NCBI GenBank assembly: GCA_036166315.1
Contig: JAYZHS010000068.1
Coordinates: 1 to 45,882 of the forward strand
Length of the DNA stretch: 45,882 bases
Direction of reading: 5' to 3'
DNA from: Fidelibacterota bacterium
Lineage (GTDB): Bacteria > Fidelibacterota > Marinisomatia > Marinisomatales > TCS55
A program made the translations under genes and the position numbers. Below the pieces are notes generated by a model. That model did not search any database, was not told the DNA's origin, and saw only the letters and a list, made by a program, of their open reading frames with translations. Positions 1-6,115 of the stretch are shown piece after piece. Position 1 is the stretch's first letter. Each line of letters begins with the position of its first letter.

Positions 1-246
1 CCTTCATCACCAAAATCACTATCGCTATCATCATCTTCACCATCTTCACCACCATTTTCACCATCTTCACCATCTTCACCATCTTCACCACCATTTTCAC
101 AATCTTCACCATCTTCACCATCTTCACAATCTTCATCATTTCCAACACCTCCTGCTGCCAGAGATTCAGCACTTGCTACAAATGTAGTTGTACCAACTGG
201 TTTGTTTTTAAAACAACGTCTGCAAAGGTATACTTTACATTTATAA
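1..246 (+). CDS. 3' end of a truncated ORF with a Ser/Pro-rich low-complexity tail (strand assignment uncertain)
   Basis: Plus frame 1 is open from the window edge to TAA 244..246 and reads ...SSPSSPPFSPSSPSSPSSPPFSQSSPSSPSSQSSSFPTPPAARDSALATNVVVPTGLFLKQRLQRYTLHL*. The stop overlaps the AAGGAG Shine-Dalgarno (246..251) of the next plus-strand gene, which fits an operon. The minus strand is also open here and reads GEDGEDGENGG repeats, so the strand is not settled. Confidence 0.3.
   Translation, partial: PSSPKSLSLSSSSPSSPPFSPSSPSSPSSPPFSQSSPSSPSSQSSSFPTPPAARDSALATNVVVPTGLFLKQRLQRYTLHL
32..136. repeat. Tandem 9-bp repeat CATCTTCAC (about 9 units) interrupted twice by a 12-bp variant CACCATTTTCAC, giving a 39-bp higher-order period
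   Basis: Direct reading: catcttcac x2, caccattttcac, catcttcac x3, caccattttcac, aatcttcac, catcttcac x2, aatcttcat. All units are multiples of 3, so the repeat is in-frame coding low complexity. Confidence 0.9.
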
Positions 247-255
247 AGGAGATTT

Positions 256-663
256 ATGTACGAATTACAGATTGATAATATATTAATTCCAGTTTTAGGC
301 ATCGTCGCAGGAATGATCATTCCAATAGCAGCTTTCATCATGATTTATTATGAGAGCAAACACAAGAAACAAACTATAATGGAAATAGCAAAACACCTTG
401 ATAATCCACTCAAGATAAATGAGTTAGTAGGTATTTTAGATGAAAGGAAAAAGGAGCCATTGGACTACCGCAGAGGTGGAATAATTACCATGTTCGTAGG
501 TATCGGGATATACTTGTTTGGGCTAGTGGCAATGGGATCGCTATTTAAAGGAGTTGGTCTTTTGGTTGGTGTAATTGGAGCTGGAGTGATGGCGGCTGGT
601 TATCTCTATCCAAATACGAGCGAAGAACTAACCAGTGCCGTTGAAAAATTTGAAAAGAAGTAA
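256..663 (+). CDS. Small integral membrane protein (3 predicted TM segments) with a conserved acidic C-terminal tail
   Basis: Strong SD AAGGAG 4 nt upstream of the ATG. Hydrophobic stretches are ILIPVLGIVAGMIIPIAAFIMIYY, IITMFVGIGIYLFGLVAMG and GVGLLVGVIGAGVMAAG. The tail AAGYLYPNTSEELTSAVEKFEKK is shared with the next ORF. Confidence 0.8.
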   Translation: MYELQIDNILIPVLGIVAGMIIPIAAFIMIYYESKHKKQTIMEIAKHLDNPLKINELVGILDERKKEPLDYRRGGIITMFVGIGIYLFGLVAMGSLFKGVGLLVGVIGAGVMAAGYLYPNTSEELTSAVEKFEKK

Positions 664-672
664 GGAGATCAA

Positions 673-915
673 ATGACAAATTCTACAAGCAATGAAATAG
701 TAAAAGAGCCAAACAAACGACTTAGAGCCGGATTGGCGATCATGTATGTTGGCCTTGGAATTAATCTATTTGGTTTTGCATCTTTAGGAGACTTTTATGA
801 GGGCGTTGGGTTATTGGTGATGGCGCTAGGTGTGGGTATGGTGACTGCTGGTTACATATACCCAAATACCGGTGAAGAACTAACAAGCGCTGTTGAAGAA
901 TTTGAAGAAGATTAA
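673..915 (+). CDS. Small membrane protein (2 TM), paralogue of the C-terminal half of the preceding ORF
   Basis: SD AAGGAG upstream. The segment LRAGLAIMYVGLGINLFGFASLGDFYEGVGLLVMALGVGMVTAGYIYPNTGEELTSAVEEFEED aligns with residues ~72-135 of ORF 256..663. The last 23 aa are 17/23 identical by hand count. Confidence 0.8.
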   Translation: MTNSTSNEIVKEPNKRLRAGLAIMYVGLGINLFGFASLGDFYEGVGLLVMALGVGMVTAGYIYPNTGEELTSAVEEFEED

Positions 916-918
916 TTT

Positions 919-1131
919 GTGGGCAAGCACCATAAAAAACTTTTAAATAATCTTGAGGAGCTTCGAAAGTCAGCTGGACTCACCCAACAAGAGCTTTCCG
1001 AAAGTGCCGGTGTATCAAGAGTGAGTATCAATGGAATTGAAAATGGCGTATATGTTCCATCTACCGTCCTTGCATTAAAGATCGCAAAGACTCTCAAATG
1101 CAACGTTGAGGATGTATTTCAACTGCCTTAA
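919..1131 (+). CDS. XRE/Cro-family helix-turn-helix transcriptional regulator (70 aa)
   Basis: GTG start 3 nt after the previous stop. Classic HTH_3 pattern: LRKSAGLTQQELSESAGVSRVSINGIENGVYVPSTVLALKIAKTLKCNVEDVF. Confidence 0.85.
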   Translation: MGKHHKKLLNNLEELRKSAGLTQQELSESAGVSRVSINGIENGVYVPSTVLALKIAKTLKCNVEDVFQLP

Positions 1132-1134
1132 TTA

Positions 1135-2100
1135 TTAATATATAGTTATTGGAACCAAATGCTCAGGTAAGATAATCTTTGTTCTTGGCGCGGTAGCTTT
1201 GATATCTTCAACAAACGGTAAAGCTTTTGACTCTAATGCTTTTTGCTGTGGCGCATCATACTGAACCCTAAAATCATCCCAATGTGTTGGTATAACTGTT
1301 TTTGGGAATCCAGTAGCTTTTAGCAATCTTCTAGTATAGTTATATATCTCTTTTCTTGAATTTGCACTTCCTGCAATAAGTATATCTGGCCTAAGACCAT
1401 TAATTTCTTTTTCAATAAAATTCATAGAGCCCATTGTCATCACTTTATGATGTTTAAATCTAAAGAAAAACATCAAGGAGCCACCTTCAACATATTCCTT
1501 GATTTGAAGCGGAACTTTGATATCGCTTGGAATCTTTTCTGAACTAAAATATTGTTTATCCCCAAGAGCCGAGTGTAAGGAGGGTAATATTTTTACAGAA
1601 AAATCTTCAAAGTCATAATCTTCACCACCTTGAACAGTAATTATTTGTTTTTCGGGTACACCGTGTGCTTTTAAAAGATTGGCAAGACTCTCAGTTCCGA
1701 TTACTCGAGCTCCAGTTTTCATCGCGATGTAAGGTACATCTGCTGCGTGATCAAAATGCGTGTGGTGGACAAAAATATATGCGCTAGAATCAATAGCGTC
1801 TCCATTAATCAAATAATTAATAATTGTTGTATCGGGCTCAAATCGATCATCACGGTAATATTTTTTTCTAGTATCTGAACCCCAATCTCGATTTTTCGCT
1901 GCATTAGAAATTTTACTAGATGTGCTTCTACCAACTAATTTGATTCTTGAAAGATAGGGGTCAACTAAGACTTTGGTTCCTCCATCAGTAATTACCCATC
2001 CTGCAGCGCCTAAATATTTTAATTGTATCTGTTCATTTGATTTTTGACAGGCTGAAAGAAGTAATATTAATAAGGTAATAATGATAAGATAATTTCTCAT
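1135..2100 (-). CDS. MBL-fold metallo-hydrolase, lipoprotein
   Basis: Signal peptide plus lipobox (LLLSAC). HxHxDH zinc motif (HHTHFDH). Later His/Asp ligands are consistent with the beta-lactamase fold. Confidence 0.75.
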   Translation of the reverse strand: MRNYLIIITLLILLLSACQKSNEQIQLKYLGAAGWVITDGGTKVLVDPYLSRIKLVGRSTSSKISNAAKNRDWGSDTRKKYYRDDRFEPDTTIINYLINGDAIDSSAYIFVHHTHFDHAADVPYIAMKTGARVIGTESLANLLKAHGVPEKQIITVQGGEDYDFEDFSVKILPSLHSALGDKQYFSSEKIPSDIKVPLQIKEYVEGGSLMFFFRFKHHKVMTMGSMNFIEKEINGLRPDILIAGSANSRKEIYNYTRRLLKATGFPKTVIPTHWDDFRVQYDAPQQKALESKALPFVEDIKATAPRTKIILPEHLVPITIY

Positions 2101-2101
2101 T

Positions 2102-3151
2102 TTATTTTCCTTTCAATTTCATACCAAATAATGGTCGCAACCAATTAGCGCGCTTTATCATGGATTCATAAATGGTGAAGCTTACACCAAAAACACACAA
2201 TACAAGTAAGATGAATTTAATGAATGCAGAAGTTGGAAGCGGTAAGATGTACAATGAGAAGAAATATTGTATTGGGAAATGTAGAATATATATGGGGTAA
2301 ACAGCAGCGCTTAGATAGCCTAATCTTTTAGAAGGCTGATTTAGATATTTTGCACTGTATCCCAATATTGCTATCATCCAATTAAATGATTCAAAAGCAA
2401 TAAAAATACTAGGTGCCCATAATTCCATCGTTAATAATCGATACATATATAAAGAAAAAGCCACTATAAGAGAAAAGCTTTTTATCTTTTCAAGGGCATT
2501 CCAAAAATAATCCTTAAGAGATACAAATATAAATCCACACGTAAAACAAATCAGTCCAAGTACCCATCCATGTAATGTGGTCGCATAGGAAGGGTAATCC
2601 TGAGGATCAATAACCAGCGCTTCAATTAAAAATGGAAGTGCAAAAATATAGATTCCAAATCGTAATGATATTATTGATTGTAATTTTGTAAATAAAAAAT
2701 TATTTGGTCTATTTTGCAAATATAAGAATAAAGGCAAAAGAACACAGAAATAGATCCAAATATTCAACAGAAACCAAAGATGGAATAGGCTTGGGTACCA
2801 CGCTAATTCTTCATCATAAAAAAGCATGCCAAAAAATGCTGTTAATGGACCAATAAATAAAAAACCAAAAAGCATGGGTAAAAAAATGCGCTTGATACGG
2901 TCGTTTACCATTTGTTTCCAATTTCTGCTTTGCATTGCAAAAAATATACCCATGCCAGAAATCATAAATAAAATAGGGATGCGCCAAATGTTGATCAAGC
3001 TCATGAGGATTCCCATGGGTATTAAAAAGTCTTCGTTTTGAGGCATGAAGATTGATTTAGCAAATGGCATGAAGCTAGCCCAGGCATGATAGAAAATTAA
3101 AATGCCAAGCACGATAACCCTTATCCAATCAATGTCATAGCGTCTATCCAT
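2102..3151 (-). CDS. Acyltransferase family 3 (OpgC/OafA-like) integral membrane protein
   Basis: About 10 TM segments. The N-terminal RYDIDWIRVIVLGILIFYHA is typical of the Acyl_transf_3 family. Confidence 0.75.
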   Translation of the reverse strand: MDRRYDIDWIRVIVLGILIFYHAWASFMPFAKSIFMPQNEDFLIPMGILMSLINIWRIPILFMISGMGIFFAMQSRNWKQMVNDRIKRIFLPMLFGFLFIGPLTAFFGMLFYDEELAWYPSLFHLWFLLNIWIYFCVLLPLFLYLQNRPNNFLFTKLQSIISLRFGIYIFALPFLIEALVIDPQDYPSYATTLHGWVLGLICFTCGFIFVSLKDYFWNALEKIKSFSLIVAFSLYMYRLLTMELWAPSIFIAFESFNWMIAILGYSAKYLNQPSKRLGYLSAAVYPIYILHFPIQYFFSLYILPLPTSAFIKFILLVLCVFGVSFTIYESMIKRANWLRPLFGMKLKGK

Positions 3152-3156
3152 AATAT

Positions 3157-4626
3157 CTATATTTTACCTGCATAATTTTTTACTAACCACAATGTATAGG
3201 TTGCTACAGATGAATTATTTCTTGATTCCTCAGATTTAAGAATTAGTTCATAATTATCAAAGTAAGGCTTTAGTTTTTCTGGGAAGACGTCTTTGTCATG
3301 AATATAAATGAAGTCTTCCCCCTTAATACTATTTTGATCATATAAGAAAGAATACAAGGTTTCATGGTAATCGATCGAAAGACAAATTGCTTCCATTGTA
3401 GGGTTTAAATAAAAATTGATCATGGATGGAATTTGAAATTCGTTACTCACAATTCTCAGCTTTGCTAAATCTGGCTGCTCGTTCAGCATTTTTTTTGTAT
3501 CGTCGATCAAATTTGAATACATATAATATCGATTGGTTGGATCAGATTTCCCTTTTAATGGAAGTATTGGGTAAAAGGATTGAGCCATTATCAGGCTAAT
3601 TAACACCAGCGAGTAAATAATTTGAATACGAAACCCTTTCTTAAGTTTTTTTATAGAATCTAATTCTAGCCCCAATAGGAATAGACCGCCAAAAAATACT
3701 GGAGCCACCCAATTTAGCTCAAATCTCGAAAATAGGGAATGAATCATAAAGTAGCATAAAGGAACTGCAGTAACCAAAGTAAAATATTTCTTTTCATCGC
3801 TTATCTGTTTCCAATTTTTAAGGTTAGCGATTGGTTTAAATACTGAATAATAGAAATAGAGAGGTCCAATTAATAGCGCTACACCCAGCCAAAGTTCAAT
3901 GAAATGATTAAAACCTCCCCGCTGGACAATATGCGCTCCTTGATATCTAACAAACGCCATATCATTTTGTAAATTCCATACTGCAAATGGAATAAAGAAT
4001 ATCAAGGCCAGCAAAAAAGAGCCATAATAGTGAATATTTTTCAACCAATATCTTTTATCTTTTATAATTACAGGGAATAAAACAATTCCAATTGCAGGAA
4101 ATAGTGCAGAAACTTTTGATAATACCGCAAGCCCTAACATTGCTCCACCTAAATAGATATATTTTTCATTTTTAAAATAAGCGATATAATAAAAAAGGAT
4201 AGAAGTGATTGAAAAAAAAGCAAGCGGTACATCAGGTGTAATAATGATTGAATTGGTATGAAATAAAAGATTGGCAGCAACTAATAAAGAAATTGTCAAT
4301 GCGGTAACTTGATTGAAATATTTCTTTCCAAAGAAATATAATAAGTATGCCAAGGATGTCATCATTACAACAGAACCCAATCGTACAGTGAAGCTAGACT
4401 CAAATAATTGGGTAAAGAACCAAATTACAAATGCAACCACAGGGCCATGGTCAATATAACCCCAAGACAGATGTCGAGCGTACATTGCATAATACGCCTC
4501 ATCATCAACAAGGAATGTATTTGATATAAATATTAAACGAACTGTCAAAAGTACAGCAGATAAAATAAATACTCTTTTTGTGAAGCGATTAATTTCTTGC
4601 ACGAAACACCCAAAGCTTTGAGCCAT
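3157..4626 (-). CDS. Glycosyltransferase family 39/83 (ArnT/PMT-like, polyprenyl-phosphate-sugar dependent)
   Basis: Polytopic membrane protein. The first-loop motif VDDEAYYAMYARHLSWGYIDHGPV (DExYY...GY.DHxP) is typical of ArnT/PMT_2 enzymes. Its start overlaps gtrA by 38 nt. Confidence 0.75.
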   Translation of the reverse strand: MAQSFGCFVQEINRFTKRVFILSAVLLTVRLIFISNTFLVDDEAYYAMYARHLSWGYIDHGPVVAFVIWFFTQLFESSFTVRLGSVVMMTSLAYLLYFFGKKYFNQVTALTISLLVAANLLFHTNSIIITPDVPLAFFSITSILFYYIAYFKNEKYIYLGGAMLGLAVLSKVSALFPAIGIVLFPVIIKDKRYWLKNIHYYGSFLLALIFFIPFAVWNLQNDMAFVRYQGAHIVQRGGFNHFIELWLGVALLIGPLYFYYSVFKPIANLKNWKQISDEKKYFTLVTAVPLCYFMIHSLFSRFELNWVAPVFFGGLFLLGLELDSIKKLKKGFRIQIIYSLVLISLIMAQSFYPILPLKGKSDPTNRYYMYSNLIDDTKKMLNEQPDLAKLRIVSNEFQIPSMINFYLNPTMEAICLSIDYHETLYSFLYDQNSIKGEDFIYIHDKDVFPEKLKPYFDNYELILKSEESRNNSSVATYTLWLVKNYAGKI

Positions 4627-4975
4627 AGTAATTAATTAGCGTACCTGCAACGATCCCGATGCATTGGCCAATAACCTTCGGTTCTGGCTGGAATTCAATT
4701 AAAATATATTGCAGAACAAATAAATTAACCGATAATGCAATTAAAGCGATTCCTAGATATTTGAGGTAGTCATTGGTAGCTATCGAGCGATCTTTAGTAA
4801 TATGATTAAATGTCCAATTATGATTTAGGACATAATTTTGAAAGCTAGCCAAAAGAAATCCAACAGCTGATACTTGGAGTGGCTTGTAGCCTAATATATC
4901 AACAAATGTATAGAATATAATTACATTCGTAATAGCCCCAAGAATACCAACAATAATAAATTTTGAAAATTTCAT
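4589..4975 (-). CDS. GtrA-family membrane protein (polyprenyl-phosphate-sugar handling)
   Basis: 128 aa, 4 TM. N-terminal FIIVGILGAITNVIIFY and C-terminal LINYYGSKLWVF are GtrA hallmarks. Confidence 0.8.
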   Translation of the reverse strand: MKFSKFIIVGILGAITNVIIFYTFVDILGYKPLQVSAVGFLLASFQNYVLNHNWTFNHITKDRSIATNDYLKYLGIALIALSVNLFVLQYILIEFQPEPKVIGQCIGIVAGTLINYYGSKLWVFRARN

Positions 4976-5026
4976 TTTATATATGATGTGAAAGTTACAT
5001 TGGTGTACTTTTAATTTAATCTGACA

Positions 5027-6055
5027 ATGCTAATTTCTTTACTACAAAAACAAATTCCATTCATAGATGTAAGAGCGCCAGTTGAATTTTCTAAAGGAGC
5101 TCTTCCAACAAGTACTAATCTTCCAATACTATTTGATGAAGAACGTGAATTAGTTGGAAAAGCATATAAGAAATTAGGAGGGCAGTCTGCAACGGAGCTA
5201 GGGCACGCAATCGTTAAAGATAAAGTTAAAGAAAAACGCATTGAAGCATGGGTAGACTTCATTGAAGAAAACCCATCAGCGCATCTATATTGCGCCAGAG
5301 GAGGCCAGCGCTCTGAAATTGCTCAAAGCTGGATTGCAGAAAGAGGAATTGATATACCAAAGATTGAAGGAGGTTTTAAATCTTTAAGAAATTCTTGTTT
5401 AACAATTCTTGATAAGGCTGCAAATGATCCAAAAGAGTGGATTATTATTGCAGGTAAAACAGGTTCAAATAAAACAGGATTGGTTTCAAAATTGATCAAT
5501 GGGATTGATCTTGAAATGCATGCAAATCACAGAGGCTCTGCATTTGGCGGGTTTCAAACTCCTCAGCCATCACCGATTGATTTTGAAAATAGCTTAGCAT
5601 GCAATTATTTAAAGATTCCAAATAATACAATTATACTTGAGGATGAGTCGAGAGCGATTGGCAAGTTGGTTATTCCTGAAAATTTCTATCATAAAATGAT
5701 TAATTCGAAAATTGTAATTATTGATCAGCCTCTAGATCTTCGATCTGATCATATTTATAATGAATATGTTCTTAATGCATTAGAGAGTCAATCATCCATT
5801 AGCCTATGCAATAAGTTAAAAGATCAATTAGAGAAAATTTCAAAAAGATTAGGAATGGATAGTTATAACAAAATAGATAAACAAATTAGCATCGCTTTTC
5901 AAAGCAATAATAAAGATGAGCATCACAATTGGATCCAGCAATTACTTCAAAATTATTATGATAAAATGTATGACTATCAATTAGATAAGAAAATGAGTCG
6001 CTGTATTTATAGAGGATCATGGAATGATGTAGAAGCTTTTCTTTTAGAATATTAA
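5027..6055 (+). CDS. selU: tRNA 2-selenouridine/geranyl-2-thiouridine synthase
   Basis: Collinear with E. coli SelU (YbbB) as I remember it. Shared features: IDVRAPVEFSKGALPTSTNLP, rhodanese active-site loop YCARGGQRS, P-loop AGKTGSNKTG, HRGSAFG, LEDESRAIG, and C-terminal YYDKMYDYQL. Confidence 0.9.
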   Translation: MLISLLQKQIPFIDVRAPVEFSKGALPTSTNLPILFDEERELVGKAYKKLGGQSATELGHAIVKDKVKEKRIEAWVDFIEENPSAHLYCARGGQRSEIAQSWIAERGIDIPKIEGGFKSLRNSCLTILDKAANDPKEWIIIAGKTGSNKTGLVSKLINGIDLEMHANHRGSAFGGFQTPQPSPIDFENSLACNYLKIPNNTIILEDESRAIGKLVIPENFYHKMINSKIVIIDQPLDLRSDHIYNEYVLNALESQSSISLCNKLKDQLEKISKRLGMDSYNKIDKQISIAFQSNNKDEHHNWIQQLLQNYYDKMYDYQLDKKMSRCIYRGSWNDVEAFLLEY

Positions 6056-6115
6056 GCATGCTACAAATAATAGTTTTTTTGGTGAAAATGCTTACTATTG
6101 AAACTATATTACCAT

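Noticed and set aside
32-136. Possible CRISPR-like or satellite array.
   Set aside because: The unit is only 9/12 bp, has no spacers, and keeps the reading frame in open frames on both strands. This is coding low complexity, not a CRISPR array.
1-302. Minus-strand ORF starting at ATG 302..300 (MPKTGINILSICNSY...GEDGED repeats) as the definitive reading of the repeat.
   Set aside because: It is the only in-frame start, it overlaps the well-supported plus gene 256..663 by 47 nt, and it has no room for its own promoter or SD. I kept it only as an alternative under the repeat finding.
4589-4626. The 38-nt overlap between gtrA and the GT39 gene, considered as a frameshift or split fusion.
   Set aside because: Both ORFs are complete, in different frames, and each matches a full-length family member. 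The overlap is most simply a long start/stop overlap or a slightly mis-set start.
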